A DNA stretch of 64,000 nucleotides from Escherichia phage SP27. Positions 10,350-21,910 of the stretch are shown in pieces. The position numbers and the translations under genes were made by a program. A model generated the notes under the pieces. That model was not told where the DNA came from. It saw only the letters and a program-made list of their open reading frames with translations, and ran no database searches. The stretch is taken from sequence record LC494302.1; one strand, written 5' to 3'. Each line of letters starts with the position of its first letter. Positions within the stretch are counted from its first letter, which is position 1.

Positions 10350-10691
10350 TTCCACAATCAGACGTATATGGTGTAAGTTACGTCGATGCAATCCAGAACA
10401 AGATCTCTGGTACTCTAGGAAGTGGTGAATGTTAACCTAGACGGGTTTGATAATTGGACGATAGGCAATTATTACTTGACTAGCAGGTTGAAACTAGAGG
10501 TGACAGTCCTTCACCAAACTGGAAAACCGGATGGACTTTTATTTAAAAGGGTAAGGCGTGGAAATATGTTTACAGAAGTTGCTTTTAGTAGCCTGTACGC
10601 CCCACGTCAAGGTAGCCGAAAGGCAAGTTAAAACGGATGGTTATAAAGCTGAATTAACAGCGGCGTTTAAAAGCGTCACCATCCATTTTTT
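10350..10691 (+). ncRNA. candidate structured RNA (alternative: 69-aa GTG-start ORF 10422..10631)
   Basis: GC-elevated, between promoter 10318 and hairpin GGATGGT..ACCATCC+T7; several stems incl. GCC-GAAA-GGC; no good SD for the ORF. Confidence 0.3.
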
Positions 10692-10708
10692 TAATTAAAG
10701 TTGGTGAT

Positions 10709-11473
<765 letters not shown>

Positions 11474-11491
11474 TTCACATGATATAGGGTG

Positions 11492-12161
<670 letters not shown>

Positions 12162-12180
12162 AGAGGTACTTCGAGTATGC

Positions 12181-12304
<124 letters not shown>

Positions 12305-12307
12305 ATA

Positions 12308-12394
<87 letters not shown>

Positions 12395-12449
12395 GACTGC
12401 CAAACAGCTTGAAGTACTTTGTAGTGCTGCACCTATGCCGACACTTGGC

Positions 12450-12550
<101 letters not shown>

Positions 12551-12562
12551 TATCTTACTTCT

Positions 12563-12652
<90 letters not shown>

Positions 12653-12658
12653 TACACT

Positions 12659-13084
12659 ATGAAATACAACATTGTTAAAATGGTGAACTATGTATTAAAA
12701 AACAACGCATGGTCACTGCATGATGTACAATTAGAAGATATTGGTGAAGTTAGAGTATTTTGCTATGATCCAGATTTGAATCAAACCACAGATTTGAGTA
12801 AATGTTTTAATATTTTTCTTGGTTATGAATTCAATAATCATTTTTATTCATTTGATGTGTATTTTGAAAAAGTTATATTCAGAAGTTATGAATGTGATAA
12901 TGAAGATTATGATTATGATGATGAATCAATTGAATTGAATGTTAACGATATTGATACTGAAGAAAAATTCTTCCAGTACTGCCTCCTTAACGACATATTA
13001 GGATTAACATTTGAGGACATTAAAGCTATACTTAAAGTTCAAAAGTTGATTCCAGAAGAGGTACTAAATCCATTAAATGACTAG
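12659..13084 (+). CDS. FQxST-motif family protein (very acidic)
   Basis: 141 aa; motif DTEEKFFQYCLLND. Confidence 0.7.
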   Translation: MKYNIVKMVNYVLKNNAWSLHDVQLEDIGEVRVFCYDPDLNQTTDLSKCFNIFLGYEFNNHFYSFDVYFEKVIFRSYECDNEDYDYDDESIELNVNDIDTEEKFFQYCLLNDILGLTFEDIKAILKVQKLIPEEVLNPLND

Positions 13085-13442
13085 TCTAATAGTACGTATA
13101 ATGCAAGATGTTTGTAATAACCTTTATACAGGCAATTTTGACGATCCGAACATAAAAATATTATGTTATGATGGTTTTACAATGGTACATCCATCCTATT
13201 CAAATAATATCTACGTAGCATATACAGGTGAAAATCTATTATATCAATTTGATATATATAGTACAATGACAAAGATAATTTTGGATGCCTCTAAACCAGC
13301 AATCTTTATTGCTTCTCATGATTACCATTACACTGAAGAATCACTATTTCAGTACTCAATGATTAATGACATTGGTGGGTTGACATTGGATGAGGTTAAT
13401 GCTATACTAGCTGTCTCACGTTTGGTTAAAACCCACAATTAG
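13077..13442 (+). CDS. FQxST-motif family protein
   Basis: 121 aa; motif YTEESLFQYSMIND; tail aligns with 12659 paralog. Confidence 0.7.
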   Translation: MTSLIVRIMQDVCNNLYTGNFDDPNIKILCYDGFTMVHPSYSNNIYVAYTGENLLYQFDIYSTMTKIILDASKPAIFIASHDYHYTEESLFQYSMINDIGGLTLDEVNAILAVSRLVKTHN

Positions 13443-13451
13443 GAGATTCAT

Positions 13452-13643
13452 ATGTTCTGGAATTTATTATGCTTGTTTGGTCGTACATTGGTTCTTGCTA
13501 TTATTCATACACCTGGTATTCGTAATTATGTTTCTTATGAATTTAAGAAAAATTATCACAACAATACTGAAGTTCGTACAACTAAGATGTGCAAAGACTT
13601 CAAGGTAGATGTTCCACCATTCAAGAAGTACGAGGATGAATAA
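13452..13643 (+). CDS. hypothetical protein
   Basis: 63-aa ORF, AGGAGA SD. Confidence 0.6.
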   Translation: MFWNLLCLFGRTLVLAIIHTPGIRNYVSYEFKKNYHNNTEVRTTKMCKDFKVDVPPFKKYEDE

Positions 13644-13927
13644 TGGAATTCATTGTTGCACCTGATGAACTTAAAACATTCACGTTCAGAGATAATAACA
13701 ATTATCCTTATACAAATCATTCATTGAATTCATTACATGTTATTGCAATCATTGCATCTGAATACAGGGATAATCCATGTATTGATTTTAAAACCACTGA
13801 TGGCGAATATACATGGGTGTTCCCAAAAGATAAATATAGTTATCAAGGGGCAGTAGAAATTCGTGACTCGATTCTAAAACAAATCGAAGATGGAAATACT
13901 CATCCTAAACTAAACACTCAGTACTGA
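13643..13927 (+). CDS. hypothetical protein
   Basis: 94-aa ORF, TAATG coupling. Confidence 0.6.
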   Translation: MEFIVAPDELKTFTFRDNNNYPYTNHSLNSLHVIAIIASEYRDNPCIDFKTTDGEYTWVFPKDKYSYQGAVEIRDSILKQIEDGNTHPKLNTQY

Positions 13928-13930
13928 AAT

Positions 13931-13985
13931 CGTTTAACCCGATAGCTTCTAGTCAGTACTGATTCCTCCTTATGTATAGAAGCTA
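13931..13985 (+). terminator. long hairpin terminator
   Basis: 11-bp perfect arms GATAGCTTCTA/TAGAAGCTATC, loop contains CAGTACTG, then T6. Confidence 0.55.
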
Positions 13986-14116
13986 TCACTTTTTTACGTA
14001 TAATGATATTACCCTCAAATTCATTATATTCGTTACCCTCTAACAGTATCTTTTTATTCCTCTTGGATGCTGTAATTTAGAAGTTGACTTTTTAACTTCT
14101 ACTGTGTTATACTTAA

Positions 14117-14143
14117 GGCTGATTCGATGAATCGGCCTTTTTT
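14117..14143 (+). terminator. intrinsic terminator
   Basis: GGCTGATTC/GAATCGGCC 9-bp stem then T6. Confidence 0.65.
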
Positions 14144-14161
14144 CTTATATAGGTGAATGCA

Positions 14162-14581
14162 ATGAGTTATTTGTTTACTTTAATTGATAAGTATGTTGAC
14201 ATTGTATACCGTCAAGTTTGTAGTGATACGTTTGAAACAAAAAACCCAATTAGAGATGGCATTTTTGATGTTGTCGTTGGATCATTTTTGAATGGATACA
14301 CAGAGACATTATACAACAGTAATAATATTTTTATTTCAGTTCAATCCAGACATACATCAGACTATGCTGTTAGCATTGATATTTGGGAAAATAATATAGA
14401 AATAGATATAACGGAACATACTAACATTCATGTTGATGATACATTTAATCAATTAACTGAAGAAATGTACTTGCAGTTGAATTTTGTACATGATCTTACA
14501 AATATCAGTTATGATACATTAAGGAAAATATGTTTTCTTAGTGGGGTGATCCGTAGTAATATGAGTAAGGATAGGAAGTGA
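14162..14581 (+). CDS. FQxST-family protein (divergent)
   Basis: Tracked GTG ORF trimmed to ATG 14162 behind AGGTGA; motif LTEEMYLQLNFVHD. Confidence 0.65.
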   Translation: MSYLFTLIDKYVDIVYRQVCSDTFETKNPIRDGIFDVVVGSFLNGYTETLYNSNNIFISVQSRHTSDYAVSIDIWENNIEIDITEHTNIHVDDTFNQLTEEMYLQLNFVHDLTNISYDTLRKICFLSGVIRSNMSKDRK

Positions 14582-14582
14582 A

Positions 14583-14999
14583 ATGTTAAAAATTCCACCT
14601 AAGTCGTTAACACATCTTATTGAATGTGGTGTAATATTTTCCGAAGGTGATACCTCATCATACACATTGGTCGATGAACCTTATAATTTTTCATACCAAT
14701 CTTATAAAAATAATTCTAAAATTTCTTGTAGATATGCTGAAAACATATTAATAGATGTTTCGTTACATAATGTTCCGAAATTTTACATTGATATCTTTGG
14801 TGATTCTTTGACAATTCGAACATATGATTATTTTATTAATAAAGACCTCTTGAGTCTTCCAATTGAACATGATACTATAGATTCAGAGATGTTCTTTCAA
14901 CTATCAACAGTTTACGATTTACAGGGTTTAACTGTTGAGCAGTTGAATGGAATATTTGAGATTTCACGAAACATACGAAGCAGGAATAAAAATGTCTAA
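14583..14999 (+). CDS. FQxST-motif family protein
   Basis: 138 aa; motif IDSEMFFQLSTVYD. Confidence 0.7.
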   Translation: MLKIPPKSLTHLIECGVIFSEGDTSSYTLVDEPYNFSYQSYKNNSKISCRYAENILIDVSLHNVPKFYIDIFGDSLTIRTYDYFINKDLLSLPIEHDTIDSEMFFQLSTVYDLQGLTVEQLNGIFEISRNIRSRNKNV

Positions 15000-15393
15000 T
15001 ATTTTAAATGAAAAAACAGTTGATGTTGTTATTGGTGTTCTTAACACCGCAACTTCATTTCAGAAGAAACACAGTGTTGTATACTTTGGTGAAGATTGTT
15101 GGCTGAACTATACTAATAATTCGTTTATAATTCGTGTAGAGGCTGATGATATTGGATTAACCGTTCAGGTAGGATGTGCCAAAACTGACAAACAAATCAC
15201 TGTCATTGTTGATAAACTTACGTCTTCTTTTTATGATAGTATAGATGATTGTGAACACTATAGTTCAACATTTTATGATACAGAAGAAGAACATTTTATG
15301 GAAAGTACTGTTCAAGAGTTAGCTATTCCATATAAGCTAATGAAAGCCGTGAGTGATTTAATTTTAAAATATAAAAAAAATAGGAGTTACTAA
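14992..15393 (+). CDS. FQxST-motif family protein
   Basis: Tracked ORF trimmed to ATG 14992 (MSNILNEK); motif DTEEEHFMESTVQE. Confidence 0.7.
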   Translation: MSNILNEKTVDVVIGVLNTATSFQKKHSVVYFGEDCWLNYTNNSFIIRVEADDIGLTVQVGCAKTDKQITVIVDKLTSSFYDSIDDCEHYSSTFYDTEEEHFMESTVQELAIPYKLMKAVSDLILKYKKNRSY

Positions 15394-15839
15394 TGCAATT
15401 TAATGGTAAAGTTTCCAAAGTAGGTTTGGTTTTTGAAAACTGTGAATTTGTTGATATTGATGTAAAGAATGTTTTATGGATGCATATTGCTGATGAGAAG
15501 ACTCTTTGTAGCCGTTTTTCAAACGGACTGACAATTAGTACTGTTATCGGTGAGTTCGGTATTGCATTACGCAGCAATACACCATCGGATTTCATGGACA
15601 ACTCTACACTGTTAGACCGTTTAAAAATGCGTGACGTTACACACGTTTATCTATATGATACTAACGGTGTTGAACAGCGTTATGTAGTTGAATGGGCTAA
15701 TTATAACCTTAGTGATCAATATTCAGTAAACCAGCGTGTTCAAATCACCCCTGGTGGTAATATTGTGTTTGTTAGTTCAACTGGTAAATTAATCAGTGTA
15801 GATGATAAAAACATTGACCTATTCACAGCATATAACTAA
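15393..15839 (+). CDS. hypothetical protein
   Basis: 148-aa ORF, TAATG coupling. Confidence 0.65.
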   Translation: MQFNGKVSKVGLVFENCEFVDIDVKNVLWMHIADEKTLCSRFSNGLTISTVIGEFGIALRSNTPSDFMDNSTLLDRLKMRDVTHVYLYDTNGVEQRYVVEWANYNLSDQYSVNQRVQITPGGNIVFVSSTGKLISVDDKNIDLFTAYN

Positions 15840-15850
15840 TACGAGCTTCC

Positions 15851-16270
15851 ATGAAAACAATCAAAATTCATTTCAAAGACACTTGGACAGAAGTAAGTAC
15901 TGGTAATATTCAGGATATTTTATATAGTACTGAAACTATTCATGTTTATGATGAAGAGACTGCTTCCGAGCAGTTAAAAGTTTTGCATCGTAGTGTTGGT
16001 GTGCACACTGAATATGGCATTAAACATACTCGTGAATTACTTAATACTAATCACATTGAAACCCGTAAAGCAAACTTATCAAAAGAAGAAATGTTCGATT
16101 TCATCCTGAACCATAAAGTTCATATTGAGCCTGATGGGTCTATATGGGAGAACACTGCTGGACAAAAAGTGCTGAAAAAATATCATGTTTCAATTGATAA
16201 TGTAAAAATGTCAGGGTATGATTTGGAAGATGCAATTAATGAATATGTATCTAGGCAGAGGGCAAATTGA
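15851..16270 (+). CDS. hypothetical protein
   Basis: 139-aa ORF in gene train. Confidence 0.65.
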   Translation: MKTIKIHFKDTWTEVSTGNIQDILYSTETIHVYDEETASEQLKVLHRSVGVHTEYGIKHTRELLNTNHIETRKANLSKEEMFDFILNHKVHIEPDGSIWENTAGQKVLKKYHVSIDNVKMSGYDLEDAINEYVSRQRAN

Positions 16271-16641
16271 TGAGCTTGATAACATTTACAATTATTTGTT
16301 GCATTACTATTGTACTTTGTCGCCTGATTCATGTATACTCATATCATAAAGCGTTGCGAATCGAACAAGAGATTTACAACGAAAACCGAGAACCAGAACC
16401 AGTCAAGAAGCCACCATCACCTTATGGGTTGAAACGTGAGATGCATTCTCAAAGTAAAAAGTGGGGTTATGCAATTACTAAAAATGGCTACATCTATACT
16501 GCAAGTAATGGTTATTTTCAAATTCACCACGAATTAGAAGTGGCAGTTCAAATTTTGTGGGAGATGGAGGACATTGGTGGTTATGAGCGTACTAAGTTTG
16601 AATTCATATCAAATGATCCAGGAACTTCACGAGAAACATGA
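16270..16641 (+). CDS. membrane-anchored hypothetical protein
   Basis: ATG 16270 overlaps upstream TGA; N-terminal TM helix. Confidence 0.6.
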   Translation: MSLITFTIICCITIVLCRLIHVYSYHKALRIEQEIYNENREPEPVKKPPSPYGLKREMHSQSKKWGYAITKNGYIYTASNGYFQIHHELEVAVQILWEMEDIGGYERTKFEFISNDPGTSRET

Positions 16642-16675
16642 TATAATTGTTGATGTGGAGAAGAAGGAAGTCGTT

Positions 16676-16786
16676 ATGAAAAAGCAAGCATATAGAATTT
16701 TAGAAGACTTCCATCTAAAAGCATTTATAATGAAGTTCTGTACAGATGAACATCTTACCGGACGAGTAATACGTAAGGAGTTGTAA
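16676..16786 (+). CDS. small hypothetical protein (36 aa)
   Basis: ATG behind AAGGAAG; extended -10 TGATATAAT at ~16639; the long tracked ORF overlaps the upstream gene. Confidence 0.35.
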   Translation: MKKQAYRILEDFHLKAFIMKFCTDEHLTGRVIRKEL

Positions 16787-17128
16787 ATGAACTTAAGTTC
16801 AACAATTCAGTACTTGAGCAGTAACTTCGAGAAAATTATTTCTCGCGGTGGGATGATTGTACACCCAGAAACAGAGGAAATGTACATCATTGGATTTGAT
16901 AAAAATTCTTATGATCAAGTACTTGTAATTTCCAAGTTAGAAAGTTATAATGAAGTTGTTCAGTTTTGCTGTACCGAATTTGGTATCTATATTAAAGACG
17001 CTGAAACTAATACAATTTCGCATTATTTTTACCACACACTGATGGGTACTAAAGACTTCGGCTTGAAGTTCGATGATTTAGTACAATGTCACTATATGTT
17101 TAAAACCTTCCCAGCTAGTGGGCATTAA
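16787..17128 (+). CDS. hypothetical protein
   Basis: 113-aa ORF, AAGGAG SD. Confidence 0.6.
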   Translation: MNLSSTIQYLSSNFEKIISRGGMIVHPETEEMYIIGFDKNSYDQVLVISKLESYNEVVQFCCTEFGIYIKDAETNTISHYFYHTLMGTKDFGLKFDDLVQCHYMFKTFPASGH

Positions 17129-17141
17129 GGAGTATATCAAT

Positions 17142-17930
17142 ATGAGCAACATTTTCTTCAAAACTATTTCTTTCAAAAAAGCATCTTACTCCTACGCCTA
17201 CGTTGATGGTAAAGTGCTTAATATTGTACTGGATGGTGTTGACGTACCAGTTGAATTTAAAACACATGAAGAAGCAGTTGAAGGTGCTAAAGAATTGAAT
17301 TCAATTCTTAATGGTGAAGTAAGTCAAAAACAACATGTAAAATCTGATTTAGATGTACTTTTGGAAAAAATCAAAACTGGTGAAGTATTAGAAATTTTAG
17401 ACAACTGTAATGAAAAACTTCGTAATGTAGTTAATAATGTTCGTGACCAGATTCAAGAAAAAGCACTAGAGCAAGCATTCAAACATGTATCCAAGAATGC
17501 TGAATCTCGTATTGACGGTATGGTTAAAAATCTTGATGATGTACTATCTCATCTCTTTACTAAAGAATACGAACAAGAAGTTGAAGAAGAACCAGTAAAA
17601 GAAACTAAAAAAGAAAAACGTAGCTTTGGCTCAGGTGATGATGTGTTTGGTTTTACGAATGTCAGAACAAGTGCAGATGAACCAAAAGAAATTAGTGAGA
17701 TGCTCATTGGTGACATGACAACTAAGCAGCTTCGTAATGAAATTGACAAGTTTGTAACTAGTTGTATCAAATCAGAACGTGCACAAAGTATGTTTAAAAG
17801 CATTAGTGAGAACTTTGGTCCAGAAGCAACTGAGCAGGCACTAACTGCATTTAAAGAATTGATTTATAATGTAGCCATTAGCAATCCAGATAAAACACTT
17901 GAAGAAGTTCTACGTGACAATTTCAAATAA
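17142..17930 (+). CDS. hypothetical acidic coiled-coil-like protein
   Basis: Trimmed to ATG 17142 behind AAGGAG; 262 aa. Confidence 0.65.
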   Translation: MSNIFFKTISFKKASYSYAYVDGKVLNIVLDGVDVPVEFKTHEEAVEGAKELNSILNGEVSQKQHVKSDLDVLLEKIKTGEVLEILDNCNEKLRNVVNNVRDQIQEKALEQAFKHVSKNAESRIDGMVKNLDDVLSHLFTKEYEQEVEEEPVKETKKEKRSFGSGDDVFGFTNVRTSADEPKEISEMLIGDMTTKQLRNEIDKFVTSCIKSERAQSMFKSISENFGPEATEQALTAFKELIYNVAISNPDKTLEEVLRDNFK

Positions 17931-17945
17931 TTAGATAAAATTAAA

Positions 17946-17971
17946 GCCACTACAATGTAGTGGCTTTTTTT
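17946..17971. terminator. terminator between convergent genes
   Basis: GCCACTAC-AAT-GTAGTGGC then T7 on plus strand. Confidence 0.65.
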
Positions 17972-17972
17972 A

Positions 17973-19127
17973 TTATGCGTTGTAACCAACTATTACGACT
18001 GAGCAGTCAAGCGGTTCTACTACTTTAAGAATTACATTATCATCTTCATCCACTTGTATTTCACTATGAACTACATGATTGTCTGAAGAATATAATTGAA
18101 CTTGTGGTAGTGCTTTACCATGTTCAGTTACTGGAACTGAGATAGAGTACATAGAGTCTTCACCGAGAACCCACTCACTTAAAGTATATTCTTTATGGAA
18201 AGGAGTAGTATGCAGTGTTTTTCCGATTATACTCAAAGAAACAGGTAAATTATCAGTTTGATACACAGTAATATTACCTTCTGCGTCTACAGAAAGATCT
18301 ACACCAACTTGATATAAGTCACCACTGTATGCTTGAAGTGCTAAGTACTGTCCACGATCATGAACATCAAATGGAACAACCGCAGAAAATACACCTTCCG
18401 AAACAGGTTCAAATTGGGATAGAAGAACTGATGTAACAAAATCAATATCCTCACCACTTTCAAGAACATCAAATTCCACCACTTTAGTGTTATAATATGG
18501 AGAAGTGAGCGTAGCAGTACCTTTCCCTGATTGTGTGATAACATCAACTGGAATTGTAAATGCATCATTAACAAATTGGGTAGTAAAGTATTCTGTCCCG
18601 TCTGGTAATACGATTGTTATTACCATACCGTTAGTATCAATTTCTGAACCAGTGTTGAATAATTTACCACTAATTGAGTCATTACCAACAAATACTGGTG
18701 AAATGAGAATATTATCTATATCACGATCTATAATACCACATTCAGGTGTATACATATGATACAAGGTTTGTGAACTACCTAAAATTGTTTTATGTAGCAT
18801 AAATTTATATACAAATCCAGTATCAGTTTCTTGTGGCTCTTCAGAATATCCACGAACAAAGAAACAATTTTTATTAATTTCACTTAATAGTTGGTCATTA
18901 GTTTTATTGTAATTTAATATATAACCTTTATTATCTTTAGTTGTTATTTGTACTTTACGATATATTATATTAGTTCTTGGATCAACTAAATCATATAATC
19001 TATGGCTTCTTTGGCGATAGATTCTAATATTTTTTAGTCTAGTTCCATCGTTGAGGATTGCACCATCAACAACATAACCACATTCACCAAACTTATAGCG
19101 TCCAGCCGCAGCAATTGACCTTGACAT
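17973..19127 (-). CDS. beta-rich hypothetical protein, likely late/structural
   Basis: 384-aa ORF, only minus gene in the left 49 kb; GGAGGG SD and late-type promoter upstream. Confidence 0.75.
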   Translation of the reverse strand: MSRSIAAAGRYKFGECGYVVDGAILNDGTRLKNIRIYRQRSHRLYDLVDPRTNIIYRKVQITTKDNKGYILNYNKTNDQLLSEINKNCFFVRGYSEEPQETDTGFVYKFMLHKTILGSSQTLYHMYTPECGIIDRDIDNILISPVFVGNDSISGKLFNTGSEIDTNGMVITIVLPDGTEYFTTQFVNDAFTIPVDVITQSGKGTATLTSPYYNTKVVEFDVLESGEDIDFVTSVLLSQFEPVSEGVFSAVVPFDVHDRGQYLALQAYSGDLYQVGVDLSVDAEGNITVYQTDNLPVSLSIIGKTLHTTPFHKEYTLSEWVLGEDSMYSISVPVTEHGKALPQVQLYSSDNHVVHSEIQVDEDDNVILKVVEPLDCSVVIVGYNA

Positions 19128-19140
19128 TTATCCCTCCATT

Positions 19141-19170
19141 GGTATAATTATTATAACGTATTTATTATGC
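19141..19170 (-). promoter_or_regulatory. late-type promoter candidate
   Basis: Minus strand reads GCATAATAAATACGTTATAATAATTATACC; resembles T4 late TATAAATA and the RCC1-array cassette promoter. Confidence 0.45.
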
Positions 19171-19187
19171 ATATCCAAAAAATGAGC

Positions 19188-19216
19188 TTGACTGGTGTAT
19201 GATTTGGTGTTATCAT
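19188..19216 (+). promoter_or_regulatory. sigma70-like early promoter
   Basis: TTGACT-17 nt-TATCAT. Confidence 0.6.
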
Positions 19217-19243
19217 GTAGTGAATGAATAATGAGGTGTTTTT

Positions 19244-19828
19244 ATGAATGTTATTGATAATAGATTAGTACTGAAAAATGGAAAAATGACTGTTAAGTTA
19301 TATAAAGATGAAGCTGATTCTTTTATGGCAAAAGCGATTGAAAAATCAGAACGATATAAACTTTTGGCTCCAGCAAGTAAATCGCCATATGGTTTTAATC
19401 ATGCACATAGTCATTTTGTTGGTATGGTGTGTGAGCACGCATCTTTAGTACTTTTTAATGAAATTGAAAACAATACTGGTATTAAACTTAATATCGATCC
19501 AGCATTCCAAAATGAAGCACGTGACGGTGAATGTGATATTAAGGTAAACAACCTTCGTATTGAAGTAAAAGGTATCAAGTATAAATCATGGACTGACTTT
19601 GGACCATGTGTTAGTACTCGACAGTTAAAAAATATCCAGAAAAAAGCTGACGTAATACTATGGGTATTGTATAATGAGAAAAAACAAGAGTTCACGTTTG
19701 AGGGATTCAACTATGTAAAAGATATTAGTTCTATCCCAGTTATCCTCACTGGTGTACCAGGGCGACCAATGATTGAAAATCACCCAGTACTCGGTATTAT
19801 GAAACCACTACAGGAGTTACCATTGTGA
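19244..19828 (+). CDS. hypothetical protein with possible PD-(D/E)XK nuclease motif
   Basis: 194 aa; GECDIKVNNLRIEVKG fits D..(D/E)xK spacing; function tentative. Confidence 0.6.
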   Translation: MNVIDNRLVLKNGKMTVKLYKDEADSFMAKAIEKSERYKLLAPASKSPYGFNHAHSHFVGMVCEHASLVLFNEIENNTGIKLNIDPAFQNEARDGECDIKVNNLRIEVKGIKYKSWTDFGPCVSTRQLKNIQKKADVILWVLYNEKKQEFTFEGFNYVKDISSIPVILTGVPGRPMIENHPVLGIMKPLQELPL

Positions 19829-20052
19829 TTACTGCAACTGTATATCAAGATATCAATGAAGAATTTCATTCTAAAATTGCGTTCTTATCATTTCCTGTAC
19901 TCCCAGTAGTTGGGTCAACGTTGAATCTTACCATTTGTGGGTTTGAGAAATATTATAAAGTTCTAGATATTGAGTACTGTGCTGATGTATATTCATGTAA
20001 TAGTGAAATTGCAATTCCAGTATCAATCGATATTATTGTAAAAGAGGTTTGA
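19825..20052 (+). CDS. hypothetical protein
   Basis: 75 aa, GTGA overlap start, CAGGAG 8 nt upstream. Confidence 0.55.
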   Translation: MITATVYQDINEEFHSKIAFLSFPVLPVVGSTLNLTICGFEKYYKVLDIEYCADVYSCNSEIAIPVSIDIIVKEV

Positions 20053-20054
20053 TT

Positions 20055-20510
20055 ATGTTTAAGAATTTTATGGTTATCGTAGCAGTACTGTTTGGTACAT
20101 CATGTTTTATTTCCCCAGTACACGCAGAAGAACAACGTCAAACTATTAAAACTATTGGGACTGGTAAAACTCCCCCTAAACGTACTGCTGACGAATACAT
20201 GCCTGAAATGCGTGAACGTTATCGTCAGACATACAGGGAAAAACATGCTAATGATAAACCCATCAAGAAGCATAAATGGGAAGTTGTTAAATCTCCTTCA
20301 TTTTGTGCTGGATATGCTAAAGTAAAGATTGAGCAGCACAAAAACCAGTACTATAAAGATATGTATTACTTCTATGACTCCAGAATTTCTGACACAGATA
20401 TGATGGCAGGGAAGGTTGATAAAGAAGAATTTCTACAAGGCTATGATATGATGGACGATGACAAAATCATGGAATGCGTTGAAGTGTATGAAAAATACAG
20501 AGGCTTCTGA
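20055..20510 (+). CDS. secreted hypothetical protein
   Basis: ATG 20055 behind AGAGG; signal peptide ...FISPVHA-EEQ. Confidence 0.65.
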   Translation: MFKNFMVIVAVLFGTSCFISPVHAEEQRQTIKTIGTGKTPPKRTADEYMPEMRERYRQTYREKHANDKPIKKHKWEVVKSPSFCAGYAKVKIEQHKNQYYKDMYYFYDSRISDTDMMAGKVDKEEFLQGYDMMDDDKIMECVEVYEKYRGF

Positions 20511-20986
20511 TGTTAACAATAGTGTTGTTGGTAAGTCCATTTGTGTATTTTGTGCTGTATAATATTTTTAGTAATGCTAATCATTTTAAATATGCACAAA
20601 CAATTGCAAAGCATGAAGGTTTTTGGAATTTTTTCCCAGCATTACTATGCTCATATCTATACCATGAACGCTATTTCATTTTTCCTGAATATAAAAATTA
20701 TGGTTATGATTCTAAAGTAAATGGTATAATTGAGTACTGTATAAGAAATTATCTTAATAATAATGATAACGTCCAAGTAAGAATAGGAAATGGTAATATA
20801 TCAAGAATAGTTTTCATACCTGATATACAAGATCCAATATACTTATATCCATATGATTATAGTATTAGTGTAGGTTGTTCGATACATGGTAGTAAATCTA
20901 TGTACGATTACTTTATCTTACCACCAACACAAATTAGATTAATAGAAAAATATTTGAGGGAAAAGTTTGACAACAAAGATTCTTAG
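20510..20986 (+). CDS. membrane-anchored hypothetical protein
   Basis: 158 aa, TGATG coupling, N-terminal TM. Confidence 0.6.
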   Translation: MLTIVLLVSPFVYFVLYNIFSNANHFKYAQTIAKHEGFWNFFPALLCSYLYHERYFIFPEYKNYGYDSKVNGIIEYCIRNYLNNNDNVQVRIGNGNISRIVFIPDIQDPIYLYPYDYSISVGCSIHGSKSMYDYFILPPTQIRLIEKYLREKFDNKDS

Positions 20987-21027
20987 TATTATAATTAACA
21001 CACCAAGTAACCCAAGGGGGATGGAAA

Positions 21028-21486
21028 ATGGATGTATTAGCTACAAATTTCAAACGTAATGTTGAAGAGCGTGAAGGTTATTTTAGTATTAGTGAAGTTG
21101 TCGATGACAATTTTAAACAATACATTTTTAATAGTGCAATTAAATTAAAATGCACAAAAGATTCACCTGATCGTAGCTTTACTAAATGGATTGCGTATTG
21201 GGAAGATTCACCAGTTGCAATTGAAATGACTGTGATTACAACAGTACTTGAAACTGGTTACATCAAAGCCATTATAGTTGATAAGAAAGTCCGTACTCTT
21301 GATGAAATTAATCCATATCCAGCCCGAAATTCTAAAGTTTTTGGTGTATTGGTTGATGGTAAATTTATGATAGAAAAAGATGCAAAGGAATATGTAATTA
21401 ATAAACTTCAAACTACAGCAGAAAAAAAAGAAGTAGTGGATCAAAACTCAGTTGATGCAATCAAAAAAGCATGGGGACTAAAGTGA
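21028..21486 (+). CDS. hypothetical protein
   Basis: 152 aa, AAGGGGGA SD. Confidence 0.65.
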   Translation: MDVLATNFKRNVEEREGYFSISEVVDDNFKQYIFNSAIKLKCTKDSPDRSFTKWIAYWEDSPVAIEMTVITTVLETGYIKAIIVDKKVRTLDEINPYPARNSKVFGVLVDGKFMIEKDAKEYVINKLQTTAEKKEVVDQNSVDAIKKAWGLK

Positions 21487-21487
21487 T

Positions 21488-21910
21488 ATGTTCACACTAA
21501 GTAATGCAAAATATCTTTTTCTTATTGGTATTATTGGTTGGGTTATGGCTCCAGTGCTAAATGCACTGGGGTTTTCCGATGAACATAAACTTGTAAATGT
21601 TTCAGGTTTAATTCAGGGTATTTCATGGTATACATTAATTACATTTTCAGTGTGCATCAATACATTTGCCCGTGATTATCGACGTTTGTTATATCTGAAA
21701 GTATTTGGAACTACACGATATAGTTTTGTTTACACTTTCATTTTATTACCGTGCATGTTATATGCATTTGTATTTGATTACTATACATATCTATGGGTAT
21801 GTGGAACTATGTTTGTTATGTTGGAATACATCAGAACTGTTCAAAACTCATATGCCGATGAGTTTCATGATCTAGAAGTTAAACGAAAATTAACGGAGCT
21901 AAACAAATGA
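21488..21910 (+). CDS. multi-pass membrane protein
   Basis: 140 aa with ~4 hydrophobic helices. Confidence 0.65.
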   Translation: MFTLSNAKYLFLIGIIGWVMAPVLNALGFSDEHKLVNVSGLIQGISWYTLITFSVCINTFARDYRRLLYLKVFGTTRYSFVYTFILLPCMLYAFVFDYYTYLWVCGTMFVMLEYIRTVQNSYADEFHDLEVKRKLTELNK

